A stretch of 64,000 bases of DNA. Origin: Oculatellaceae cyanobacterium bins.114. Its GTDB lineage: Bacteria; Cyanobacteriota; Cyanobacteriia; Elainellales; Elainellaceae. The notes under the pieces are model-generated. The model was given only the letters and a program-made list of their open reading frames with translations, made no database searches and was not told the origin of the DNA. How positions within the stretch are numbered: the first letter of the stretch is position 1; every line of letters starts with the position of its first letter. Positions 49,539 through 59,909 of the stretch are shown in pieces. The DNA is taken from assembly GCA_033764315.1 (NCBI GenBank), contig JANRJA010000075.1:32001-96000 (forward strand), in the 5' to 3' direction. The translations under genes were made by a program, and so were the position numbers.

Positions 49539-49650
49539 TGATGGCCTGAAACTCATGATCTAGCTTCACCTCAATCCAAATAAATGCTCGGTCAACGAGA
49601 GCCAATTTTCCCAAAGCGATCGCTTCGTCGAGAGACGTCAAGCATCATGC

Positions 49651-49677
49651 AAAAAGCCACCGGACTCGGTGGCTTTC
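49651..49677 (-). terminator. Rho-independent terminator of rplU-rpmA
   Basis: AAAAGCCACCG-GACT-CGGTGGCTTT; gives a U-tract on the minus strand. Confidence 0.75.
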
Positions 49678-49739
49678 AATCAATCCCTACTCAAATCACA
49701 AGGGTCAATAAAGGTTGAACAGTTTTCAGTGAACCGCCA

Positions 49740-50033
49740 TTAAGCAGGAACAGCTTCAACGGTTTCTGTAACCGTTTCAACAACAGGATAAATGCTCACT
49801 TTTTTGCGACCTTTACCTTTGCGTTCAAAGGTAACAACACCGTCTACCAAAGCAAACAATGTGTCGTCGCAGCCACGACCAACGTTAACACCGGGGTGGA
49901 TCTTGGTGCCACGTTGCCGTACCAAAATGTTACCTGCTCGCACAACCTGACCACCATAACGCTTAACGCCGAGGCGTTGAGCATTAGAGTCGCGTCCGTT
50001 GCGGGTACTACCCGTCCCTTTCTTATGTGCCAT
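49740..50033 (-). CDS. rpmA: 50S ribosomal protein L27
   Basis: [24 protein letters not shown]...RQRGT. Confidence 0.98.
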   Translation of the reverse strand: MAHKKGTGSTRNGRDSNAQRLGVKRYGGQVVRAGNILVRQRGTKIHPGVNVGRGCDDTLFALVDGVVTFERKGKGRKKVSIYPVVETVTETVEAVPA

Positions 50034-50112
50034 AGTGCTTTCTTTTTCCTCTCTAACCCTAGCTTATAGTGTGATGAATGAAATAGCGATCGCGATTGCG
50101 ACAATGCTCCTC

Positions 50113-50541
50113 TTAATCTTCGTCTTCAGCCACATCTGCGACGGTTGAAGTCTGATCGCTGACAGGTTCAGCTTTAGTAGGAGCGGGAAGACGGCTTGAT
50201 GGCTCATCATTGCCAATGGTTGAGCCGTTGAGGTTAATGGAGTCAATCATGAGCCGGGTTAACTCTTGACGGTGCCCTTGCTTTTTGCGGGTCTTCTTCT
50301 TAGGACGCATTTTGTAAACGATAATTTTGCGTCCTCGCAGATGTCTCAATACCGTTCCTTCTACGGTTGCGCCTTCCACAAAGGGCTGACCGATTGACAC
50401 ATCACCTTCATTTTCAACGTACAAAACCTGATCGATGGTGACTGATTCGTTTTCTTCGACTGCTAGCCGCTCAATGTCGTAAAAACGACCTGGCTCAACC
50501 CTAAGCTGCTTGCCACCTGTTTCAATGATTGCGTAAGCCAT
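50113..50541 (-). CDS. rplU: 50S ribosomal protein L21
   Basis: [12 protein letters not shown]...KK.GHRQ.LT; acidic C-terminal extension. Confidence 0.98.
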   Translation of the reverse strand: MAYAIIETGGKQLRVEPGRFYDIERLAVEENESVTIDQVLYVENEGDVSIGQPFVEGATVEGTVLRHLRGRKIIVYKMRPKKKTRKKQGHRQELTRLMIDSINLNGSTIGNDEPSSRLPAPTKAEPVSDQTSTVADVAEDED

Positions 50542-50756
50542 GATATTTTCCTATTGCCTGCCGTACAGGTAGTCAGCTAATTGCGCTCTGGCATGATCGC
50601 ACTCTGGCATAATTGCACAGCGGCTTAATTTCACCGGGGCGATCGCACTGACGTTTGATAAGGGGGTGACCTGATCCGAACAGAATTAACAACCAGTTAC
50701 CTATCATCGCGAATTGGAACCAAGAGTGTCAAGGGCGATCGCTTAATTCATCACCA

Positions 50757-51200
50757 TTAAATGACAAAACTTGTTGTCTCTCCTTGTGCCGCTTGCCAAC
50801 TGCGGGCATCGTAATATAAGTCTGCCAGCGAAATACTATATAACGCGTCCTTTAACTTCTCATGGAGGCGATTCCACAAGGTAAATGTGACCCAGTCTTC
50901 AGCTTGCTCAGCATCAGGCATATGGCGAGCCAATGGCTCAATTGTCTCCCCTACCGCTTCTAAAATGTGCCCTAGCGAGATTTGATTGGGCGATCGCTGA
51001 AGCCGATAACCCCCCTGAGCCCCCCGAATAGACTCAACCAACCCGGCTTGCCGCAATTCAATCAACAACTTCTCTAAATAAGGTGCAGGTAAATTTTGCC
51101 GTTGAGCAATAACCTTGACCGAAGCAGGCCCATACCCTGGTTGCAAGCTCAGATCAAGCAGGGCTTTAACACTATAGTGTCCGCGAGTTGTTAGTTTCAT
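50757..51200 (-). CDS. Rrf2 family transcriptional regulator (Cys-less cyanobacterial type)
   Basis: MKLTTRG.Y...A..DL, YLEKL..L...GLV.S.RG..GGY.L; contains no cysteine. Confidence 0.9.
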   Translation of the reverse strand: MKLTTRGHYSVKALLDLSLQPGYGPASVKVIAQRQNLPAPYLEKLLIELRQAGLVESIRGAQGGYRLQRSPNQISLGHILEAVGETIEPLARHMPDAEQAEDWVTFTLWNRLHEKLKDALYSISLADLYYDARSWQAAQGETTSFVI

Positions 51201-51741
51201 CTCACCAAATATAGCAGTCTTAAACCATAGGTGATGTGCGATAGATGGCGGTTAAAAGTTGAGTCTCTCAGCCGACAGCATGGCAATGTGATAAAGGCAA
51301 CCTTGACAAAAGCTTAAGGTTTATTAGGTTAACCGAATTAGTATGATCACCCAATTTGCTTCTTAGTCCACTTCTCCTTAGTCGTCTGCTACGACACCTA
51401 AATTGGCTTAAAGCTAAGCAATTAAATTAAGGAGTTTGTGAGCATCCATTTTTGCAGTCATTTGTCATGGAGTGATCATTAAATCTTTATTAGTAAAGCG
51501 ATATTCTCATCATGCTGCGAGCTATTCCAAAGTGGTTTTGTATAAAGCAAACATTTATCGAATACTAGAGAAACTCATTAAAGAGATTGCAATTTAACCA
51601 TAAATACGATGGAAAAAAATATCTATGTCAGTGTAGTATGGTTTCACAAGCTGATATATAGTCAATGGAGTAATTCATTGGGTTGTCTCAGCTAGAATGA
51701 TGTAGTGTGGGCTTCTTGTTGATTGGTTCAGAGTCAAGTTA

Positions 51742-52137
51742 ATGAATAAGAAAAAGAAAATCGAACCTCTAACAGGTGAGGCACTCCTGTCTAAAGTTAA
51801 ACAACTGGAGCACCTCAGTAAAGAAGAAAAGGCAAAGGAGTGCGGTTATTACACCGTCACCAAAAATGGTATTGAACGCGTCAATATGATGAAATTCTAC
51901 AACGCGCTCCTTGAGGCCAAAGAGATTGAGCTAGATGGAAAACAATCTAGTAATGGACGAGGAGGGCGTAGTGCCAGCTATCGTATTACTGTTCAATCAA
52001 ATGGCAACTTATTGATTGGTTCTGCTTACACAAAGCAAATGGATCTGAAACCGGGAGATGAGTTTGAAATTTCCCTTGGTCGCAAGCATATTCGGTTAAA
52101 GCAGATTGATGGCGAGGAGTTAGGAGAAGAAGAGTAA
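51742..52137 (+). CDS. cyAbrB transcriptional regulator, clade B (cyAbrB2/Sll0822-like)
   Basis: LTGEALL.KVK...KAK.CGYYT.TKNG.ERVNMMKF...GRGGRSASYRI.VQSNGNLLIGSAYT. Confidence 0.92.
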   Translation: MNKKKKIEPLTGEALLSKVKQLEHLSKEEKAKECGYYTVTKNGIERVNMMKFYNALLEAKEIELDGKQSSNGRGGRSASYRITVQSNGNLLIGSAYTKQMDLKPGDEFEISLGRKHIRLKQIDGEELGEEE

Positions 52138-52598
52138 TCTAACGGGTATTGCAGCAATTTCTGAATTTAGAAGGCTTCCTCTCAGGTGGAAAAACTTGGG
52201 AGGATTTGTTTTAGCAAATAATCAAAGTGAAATCTTAAATCTAAGTCTCCTAAAACGCTCAAACAGTATTTTTTGCTCAAGGAATTAACTTTTCAAGCAC
52301 TTCAATTCTATTTTTGGTGCGTTCGTTAATAGGGTCATTCTGCCTGATTTGTGAGCGGTGCTACACAGAAATGCGTGGGAATGTTTTGGGGAGACTGAGT
52401 ATACCAGCCCCATCGCTACATTAAGATGCTTGGCTCACCTGTTCAAAGTTCGGTTTCGCTAACGTGCTATTTAAATACTTGGGAGCATCACGAGATTAAG
52501 GTGTCCTATTGATAGGCAAAGCAATCGGTCAAAAATCGTGTCAGTCTAATCATCATGGGAAGGGTCTGCCGTCACACACAAACTTGGCTTAAACCGCT

Positions 52599-53840
52599 AT
52601 GAATAAACAAAAAGAATTCAAAACGGGTATTCAGTGGTTGATTGGGTCAGGTGTTCTCGCTGGAATTAGTGTGATCAGCTGGTTAGCCTATGGTTTGTGG
52701 TTCAATCATTCTCCTGAGCCGATACCTGTGCGTTTGATGATGGTTGAGCGAGATACGGTTGAAACGACAATCAATGCCAGCGGAACGGTAACACTTAGAG
52801 GTCAGCAAACCCTGAAATCTCCAGCGGAGGGGGCTGTTGAGCAGGTTTTTGTGCAACCGGGCGATCGCGTCAGCCAAGGACAGGTGCTGCTAACATTGCG
52901 TAATCCTGAGCGACAAACGGCACTTGCTAACCAACAGGTCAAGATTGTTCAACAAGAGGTTGCTCTGGCGCGATATCGACAACGAATCACAGAAGCGCAG
53001 GAACAGTTAGTGTCTGATCGCGAACGTCTGCAACGCTTGAGTGCTCTAGCTGAGGCAGGGGCGATCGCTCGGACTGAGGCACAAGACCAGGAAGACAAAG
53101 TGCGAGCAACCCTGACTGATCTACGCACAGCCGAATCGGATGCCCGTAACGCCAGTCTTGAACTTGAAAGCTTAAAGCTAGAGAACCAACGGATTCAACG
53201 ACAGTTACAGGATACGGTGATTACTGCTCCAATTACAGGGATCGTGTTAGGGGTAAGTGTTGAAAATGGAGATGGAGTGGAGTTGCGCACTGAACTGCTG
53301 ACATTGGGCGATCCCACTCAAGAGTTAGTGCAGCTTCAACTCTCTACCCTGGATGCGGCTCAAGTCAAAATCAATCAACTGGCGCGAGTCAGTGTGATTG
53401 GCCCTAATCCTGAGGTGTTTACGGGACGAGTGCAAAGCCTTTATCCTCAAGCGATCGCCCCCTCTGAAAGCGATCAAGGGTCTGCCAATCAGTCGGATCA
53501 AGCGACTGTTCCAACCACGATTCGGTTAGATCAGCCCACTCAAACGCTGATTCCAGGTAGCCAAGTGAATGTTGAAATTATCTTAGAACGCCGACCCAAC
53601 GTGATTGCGTTGGAGGTTGAAGCCATTCAGCAAAGTGAAAAACCCTTTGTGTGGGTACGGGATGCAGAAGGCAAAGCCAGACAACGCCCAATTGTAGTGG
53701 GACTAGAAGGGTTAACCGAAATCGAGGTCACATCGGGATTGCAAGTTGGCGATGCAGTCATTTTGCCGTCTCCAGATGTAGTGTTAACGCCCGGTGTACT
53801 CACTGTTCCTGCTGATGCCACCCAAGAAACTGCTCCGTGA
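52599..53840 (+). CDS. Efflux periplasmic adaptor (MacA/HlyD family)
   Basis: N-terminal TM, lipoyl halves (V..GDRV..GQ.L; I.AP..G.V), coiled-coil hairpin, EV.SGL..GD. Confidence 0.88.
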   Translation: MNKQKEFKTGIQWLIGSGVLAGISVISWLAYGLWFNHSPEPIPVRLMMVERDTVETTINASGTVTLRGQQTLKSPAEGAVEQVFVQPGDRVSQGQVLLTLRNPERQTALANQQVKIVQQEVALARYRQRITEAQEQLVSDRERLQRLSALAEAGAIARTEAQDQEDKVRATLTDLRTAESDARNASLELESLKLENQRIQRQLQDTVITAPITGIVLGVSVENGDGVELRTELLTLGDPTQELVQLQLSTLDAAQVKINQLARVSVIGPNPEVFTGRVQSLYPQAIAPSESDQGSANQSDQATVPTTIRLDQPTQTLIPGSQVNVEIILERRPNVIALEVEAIQQSEKPFVWVRDAEGKARQRPIVVGLEGLTEIEVTSGLQVGDAVILPSPDVVLTPGVLTVPADATQETAP

Positions 53841-53905
53841 TAGCGATAGTGTGTGGATAGCGATAGTGTGCGGATAGCAATAGTGTGCGGATAGCAATAG
53901 TGTGC
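53839..53905 (+). repeat. 17-bp tandem repeat x4
   Basis: GATAGC(G/A)ATAGTGTG(T/C)G repeated from the adaptor stop codon to just before the permease start. Confidence 0.92.
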
Positions 53906-53924
53906 TCATTTAAGAGTTGAGTTT

Positions 53925-55103
53925 ATGAGTCTTGCCCCGATCGATCTAATAAAATTGACGTATCGTTCTCTGAGTGGCAACCCGCTTCGCTCGGTGTTAA
54001 CCACGCTGGGGGTTTTTATGGGAGTAACTGCGGTCAGTGCCACATTGCAGGTGGGGCATATTAGTCAAGCGGTGATCGCCCGACGCCTTGCCACTAGGGA
54101 AGCTCCTCACACGAGTTTGTATCCCGAATGGCAACCCAATCGGGTGCGCTTACAGCAAGATGACCTCGAATTTTTGCGGCAGCGGTTGCCAGGTTTGCAA
54201 TCTATTAGTGCTTTAAACTGGTCACGATCGACTGAGGTTGTTTTTCAAGACCAGATTGCCCAAACGGATGTTGTCGCTGTTACTCAAGATTTTCTTTTTA
54301 CCACCGGAAATCCTGTGATTGCAGGGCGATCGTTTACTCCGGCTGACTATGCCAGCTATCGTCCTGTGGTGATTATTGATGAGTTATTGGCTTCTCAGCT
54401 CTTTGTAGACCAAAACCCCGTTGGTCAACGGATTTATGCGAATCAACAACCCTATGTAGTTGTGGGAGTGGTGCAAACCAAGCTGAGAAATGATGAGGAG
54501 CCAACAGAGGGGCGATTGCTGATGACCAGTGCCTTTAACAATGCCCTCACTGGACGACGCGATGTTGGCAGCATTCGGTTGCGTCCCTATCGCTTGGATG
54601 ACTTAGAAAAAATCGGTGATCAGGCTGAAGAACTATTGATGCAGCGTTTTCCAGGGCAACGGTTTGACCAATGGAACAATGTTGAAGATATTCTGGAGCA
54701 GCGACAAGTTTTAAAGTTGACCTCGCGATCGCTAGCGGTTGTGGGGGCGATCGCTCTTTTAGTGGGCGGAGTGGGCATCGCCAACATCATGATCGCATCG
54801 GTTACAGAACGCACGGCTGAAATCGGCTTGAGGCGAGCCATTGGGGCTACCCGCCACGAAATTATGATGCAATTTATTTTAGAGGCAGCCCTGCTCAGCT
54901 TATTAGGTGGGAGTTTGGCGATCGTCACGGTGCATGGATTAACCTCGGCGGTCTCCGAGCGATTTCAATTGCCTTATGAATTTGATGGCACGGCTACAAG
55001 CATTGCCCTGGGATCAGCCCTGTTGGTTGGCATCGGAGCCAGTTTTGCTCCCGCTCTGCGAGCCAGTCAAATTGATCCTGTAAAAGCTCTGCGATCGCAA
55101 TAA
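53925..55103 (+). CDS. MacB/FtsX-type ABC permease
   Basis: RS.LT.LGV..GV, GR.F, LLVGG.GI.NIM..SV.ERT.EIG.RRA.GA, PA.RA...DP..ALR. Confidence 0.92.
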   Translation: MSLAPIDLIKLTYRSLSGNPLRSVLTTLGVFMGVTAVSATLQVGHISQAVIARRLATREAPHTSLYPEWQPNRVRLQQDDLEFLRQRLPGLQSISALNWSRSTEVVFQDQIAQTDVVAVTQDFLFTTGNPVIAGRSFTPADYASYRPVVIIDELLASQLFVDQNPVGQRIYANQQPYVVVGVVQTKLRNDEEPTEGRLLMTSAFNNALTGRRDVGSIRLRPYRLDDLEKIGDQAEELLMQRFPGQRFDQWNNVEDILEQRQVLKLTSRSLAVVGAIALLVGGVGIANIMIASVTERTAEIGLRRAIGATRHEIMMQFILEAALLSLLGGSLAIVTVHGLTSAVSERFQLPYEFDGTATSIALGSALLVGIGASFAPALRASQIDPVKALRSQ

Positions 55104-55120
55104 AAAAGGAGAGTAAAAAC

Positions 55121-55220
55121 CCCGTGTGCGACTTTCCCCAGATCCCCGGTTGCTGTGACGCAAATCAGACTATTTTGAGGATGCTGAACGAGCAACCGGG
55201 GATCTAAACCTCTAAATTAC
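55121..55220 (-). repeat. Dispersed hairpin repeat family A (copy 2)
   Basis: AGATCCCCGGTTGCT...AGCAACCGGGGATCTAAACC; reverse orientation relative to the 23090 and 61011 copies. Confidence 0.7.
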
Positions 55221-55252
55221 CCATCGCGTAAGTAAAAAGAAACAAATAATGC

Positions 55253-55456
55253 TCAGGCGATCGCCACTGCATTTCCTGCTAACCGACATAACCGAGTATT
55301 TTGCCCAGTTACGAGGGTCAACGCAAACAGCTCAACTTCCCAATGAGAAGCATATTCTTGAGCAAACTGAGTGGCAACTGCTTCAGAAGCGGCATGAATC
55401 ACCAGTTCGTTTACCAATTCCATCGTTCCAGGGAGTGTAAATTCTGCGAAGTACAT
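55253..55456 (-). CDS. Small hypothetical protein
   Basis: 67-aa ATG ORF with AGGT RBS-like sequence upstream and protein-like composition. Confidence 0.6.
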   Translation of the reverse strand: MYFAEFTLPGTMELVNELVIHAASEAVATQFAQEYASHWEVELFALTLVTGQNTRLCRLAGNAVAIA

Positions 55457-55645
55457 GATTACCTAAACAGGTGTATGGTTTTCAGAGCGTCGCTAAACCC
55501 TTGGATTTACTATTCCCAAGCTGAGAGAGAAAACCGAACGTCAGGCTTGCATGGCTAGATAATTTTACGAAAGCTGAGCGTAGCTTTATCTCTTCTTCAT
55601 GAGTATTACAGCTTTGAGGTGAAAATGTAAGGTTTTGATGAACTT

Positions 55646-56485
55646 TTACCCTCTGAAAAACAATTCTGTAGCAGGCCCTTCGTCTTGAGGAGGTAGACCT
55701 AACTGGGCAGATAGTTCGGTGTCATACAAAGCCTCTGTCCAATTACGAGCAACTTTGATCTGCTCAGGCGTGAGGTGCTCTGCGATACGCAAATCAGCCC
55801 CTTGCAAATTGGCTCCTAACAAATTGGCTCCTTTTAGATTAGTCGCTCTTAACTTAGCATCCGTCAGATCTGCTGCCTTGAGGTTTGTGTTTTCAAGATT
55901 GGCCCCCAGCAAATTTGCCTCCAGCAAATTAGCGGCTCTCAGGTCTGCCTTTTGCAGGTCAGCTCGTTGCAGGTTGGCTCGGCAGAGGTTGGCGGCTCTC
56001 AGGTCTGCCTTTTGCAAATTTGCCTCTAGTAGGTCAGCTCGTTGCAAGTTGGCATTCAACAAGATGGCTTTTCGCAGGTTAATTTCACGCAGATCTGCTT
56101 TAGGAGCGTCAAGCCCTCGCAAACTGATGCCTTCTTCATTTAGATCTTGCAATGCTTGAATGCGGGCGTAACTGTTACGGCGACCGTGAGCTGCATCAAT
56201 CACTTTCCAAGCTTCATAGCGCGATCGCTTCTGGCGTTCGGGTCCCTCTTTAAAGTAAATAAAGACGGCAACTAGAATACTGACGCTTTCAATGATGTCT
56301 AGAAAACTATGAATTCCCAGCCAACTAATAAATGTTTTGCCAACTGGGGTGTTTTCTAACAACCGAATGATAGCTACTAAAAACAGCACTTCTAGAGCCG
56401 TAGGGAGGCGATTCAGCCAATACAGCACCCAAGCTCGACTGCGTTTGAGCCAGAGATACTTCTGTTCTGGAGATTCTTCCGTCAC
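55646..56485 (-). CDS. Pentapeptide repeat protein with N-terminal TM segments
   Basis: Two hydrophobic segments, AW..I.......R..AL..L motif, then A(D/N)LXX repeats; GTG at about 56485 assumed (ORF extends to 56524). Confidence 0.85.
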   Translation of the reverse strand: MTEESPEQKYLWLKRSRAWVLYWLNRLPTALEVLFLVAIIRLLENTPVGKTFISWLGIHSFLDIIESVSILVAVFIYFKEGPERQKRSRYEAWKVIDAAHGRRNSYARIQALQDLNEEGISLRGLDAPKADLREINLRKAILLNANLQRADLLEANLQKADLRAANLCRANLQRADLQKADLRAANLLEANLLGANLENTNLKAADLTDAKLRATNLKGANLLGANLQGADLRIAEHLTPEQIKVARNWTEALYDTELSAQLGLPPQDEGPATELFFRG

Positions 56486-57939
56486 TAGCGACCTCTTGCA
56501 GGAATAGAGTGGGGTTGAACCCACGGAATAGTGGTATCAGTTGCCAAATATTGAGCCACAGCGCGGGCTCCGTTACGATTCAGGTGACTGGGATCTGCAA
56601 AATAATGGTTTTGAGTAGGCCATTGGTGCATTAAATCTCGAAACAGAAACCCTTCTCTAGCCGCTAATCGCTGCATATATTGCCGAAATTGTTGTTCATG
56701 AGCCGTCCGCACCGGGTCAAGATATTCCTGGGTCAGGGGCAAGCTCACAAATATTAGGGGAATCCGTTGACTGCGGGCAAATTGGGCAACGGCGATCGCG
56801 GCTGTGGTTTGTTCTCCCTCTAACCGAAAGGGAGTGTAGTTGCTGTCATAGCGACCTGAAACTCTTGGAAACTGACGATAATAAGTGGCTGGGTTGAACT
56901 CAGCGGGCACAGACTGAAAGCCACTGCCACTTAAATCAGCCGCAATAGGTGGATGGCTAGACCGCAGGGGCGGGATTGGAAGAATTGGTTCGGCGGGCGT
57001 CTGGTAGGGAGGAGGTTGCAGCAAATAGGACAACGAAGTACAAGATGAAGCTAAGCCGAACGGGTTTGGCTGAGATCCAGCAAGGGGGAGCAGATGGGTG
57101 TCCTCTGCCCCTACAGTAGGGGTAAGGGACGGCATCTCTAAAGCATGATTGAGTGGCTCAGCTTGATGTTGAGCATTGACATAAGCACTGTAGGCTGCCG
57201 CATAGTTCATTGCAGCAGGCGGAACAACACAAATTTCTTGCTCAAGCTCGATCGCTGGCAGAGGAATGTAGCGAATGGGGCGATCGCCTGTTGCTAGACG
57301 TTTATAACCTTCTGAGGCAAGGATGCCATTGTAAGTCAGGTCTATCCGCGCACTATTAAAGGCTCGTGATCCATCGGCCCAAATAATCAGACGTGGCAAT
57401 TGGTTAGGAGTCAGAACCCGACGCAGTAGCAAATCAACAACCTGTGCTGTTGCTCCGTTGACTCCAAAGTTGTAGATGCGGAGGTTGGAAAGCCCTCTCG
57501 CCGCTAATGCTTGTTGCAGAACCTCTGGATCGATCCCTTGGAGCGATCGCGAACTGCCCACGATCAAGACATCAGGGGGGCCGGAGGTAGCTAAATAATG
57601 GGCGTAAATCCGAATCTGTTGATCGAGTCGTTGGCTATTGAAAGTTGGAAAGTTAGGAACCAATACCACCGGGCTAAATTCTGGGAATGGTGTTCCTACA
57701 TCGTTTACTGCCGTTATCGAAGCTGACTGCGATATTGACGGTTGAGCAACAAGCGTCTGCTCCTGTGAGGAGACCCCTCTCGCCGCAGTGCTAAACAGCA
57801 GGGGCACCAAAAGCGCAATGATTGTCCCACTTTGTCTAACGATCGCCGCCAGAGATTTATCTGTAACCGTTAGACGGGGTTGTGTTGCTTGAGAGAGTAA
57901 CATCCTAAAGCTAGGAGAGGGAGTCTCCTGTGAGATCAT
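56485..57939 (-). CDS. SGNH-hydrolase-like (DUF1574-like) hypothetical protein
   Basis: LIVGSSR...GIDP, YNFGVNGAT, F.DPSHLN..GA motifs. Confidence 0.7.
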   Translation of the reverse strand: MISQETPSPSFRMLLSQATQPRLTVTDKSLAAIVRQSGTIIALLVPLLFSTAARGVSSQEQTLVAQPSISQSASITAVNDVGTPFPEFSPVVLVPNFPTFNSQRLDQQIRIYAHYLATSGPPDVLIVGSSRSLQGIDPEVLQQALAARGLSNLRIYNFGVNGATAQVVDLLLRRVLTPNQLPRLIIWADGSRAFNSARIDLTYNGILASEGYKRLATGDRPIRYIPLPAIELEQEICVVPPAAMNYAAAYSAYVNAQHQAEPLNHALEMPSLTPTVGAEDTHLLPLAGSQPNPFGLASSCTSLSYLLQPPPYQTPAEPILPIPPLRSSHPPIAADLSGSGFQSVPAEFNPATYYRQFPRVSGRYDSNYTPFRLEGEQTTAAIAVAQFARSQRIPLIFVSLPLTQEYLDPVRTAHEQQFRQYMQRLAAREGFLFRDLMHQWPTQNHYFADPSHLNRNGARAVAQYLATDTTIPWVQPHSIPARGR

Positions 57940-58082
57940 AGCGGCTCAAATCACGTGTGAGAAGTGTAGAGTTAAAGCGGCGATCGCCCATTTACATCGA
58001 TCGCTCACATCATATGCAATGCATGCGATCGACTCACCTATTCTCATCAACGAGTTGCCCTATGGTCAACCATTCTTCTGGG

Positions 58083-59018
<936 letters not shown>

Positions 59019-59373
59019 TTAAAGTTAGAGCAGTAATCTCTCTGTAGGTTTAGAGCTGACTCTTGAAACACCCTTAGCTTAGATCATCCTGATACATCAG
59101 GCACAGCTTAAACACTGATTTTTCCAACACACAACACTTTCCGTGTACCCGTTTAGCTAAGTCAACCGTAAAATCGACTTTCTTAAAGAACTGGGCTAAG
59201 TCAATACCTTCTGTATTCAGCGATTGTACTGATCCCAGTCAGAAGAAAGATTAGATCAGCCTGTGTGAGTATCACATTCTACAATCTATAGCCAAATCTC
59301 TAAAAACCAGTCAATATGCACCTAAATTAACTGAATTTGAGGGTAATTAGCAAAAAGCTGAGATCTGAGGTGA

Positions 59374-59571
59374 TCAGGACGTGCAGGGAGTTCGCCGACC
59401 ACTGCCTCGATGAAAAAGAGGTTGGTTAATTTTTTGTGCATCTGATAGCTCTCCCTGGTATGAGATGCCAGATGCGATACTACTTGACCCACAGTTCTGA
59501 TTTTCGGAATGATTCAAAATTAGTAGAGCGAAAAGCAGAGCTGCTGAAAGAATTGGGGTAAAAATTGACAT
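59374..59571 (-). CDS. patX: PatX-like RGSGR peptide precursor
   Basis: 65 aa; hydrophobic N-terminal signal and C-terminal PLFHRGSGRR; directly upstream of hetR in the same orientation. Confidence 0.88.
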   Translation of the reverse strand: MSIFTPILSAALLFALLILNHSENQNCGSSSIASGISYQGELSDAQKINQPLFHRGSGRRTPCTS

Positions 59572-59606
59572 GAGCAAGGTTCCGTCTCAAAGCATCTACC
59601 CCCTGA

Positions 59607-59633
59607 TACGGAGTTTTCAAATAGCAATCAGGA
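59607..59633 (-). promoter_or_regulatory. DIF1-like promoter of patX
   Basis: Minus strand TCCTGA (one mismatch to TCCGGA), 18 nt, GTA, ending 36 nt before the ATG. Confidence 0.5.
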
Positions 59634-59909
59634 AGATCTCTAAACGGAGTTATTTGGTGGTGTTTACGGATACCAGTCGCAAACCAGGAAATAAGAATTT
59701 AGTGAGGAGGTTCTCCTGATTCACTTGATTGCCTGATCCCGCAGAGGTTGCTCACTTTGCACTCAGATTTTCGCCAAATTTACGATACTATCCTCTTGAG
59801 ACGTTAACTGGATCGATATCCGTTGAGTCTTAGTCCAATCGGCGATCGCGGTATCAGGGGTATCAAAACCGTGGCTTTAACACCAAGTCGTAAATAAGAC
59901 GCAATTGTT

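Noticed and set aside
53839..53905. Possible CRISPR array
   Set aside because: 17-bp units are contiguous with no spacers, and there are no cas genes in the window
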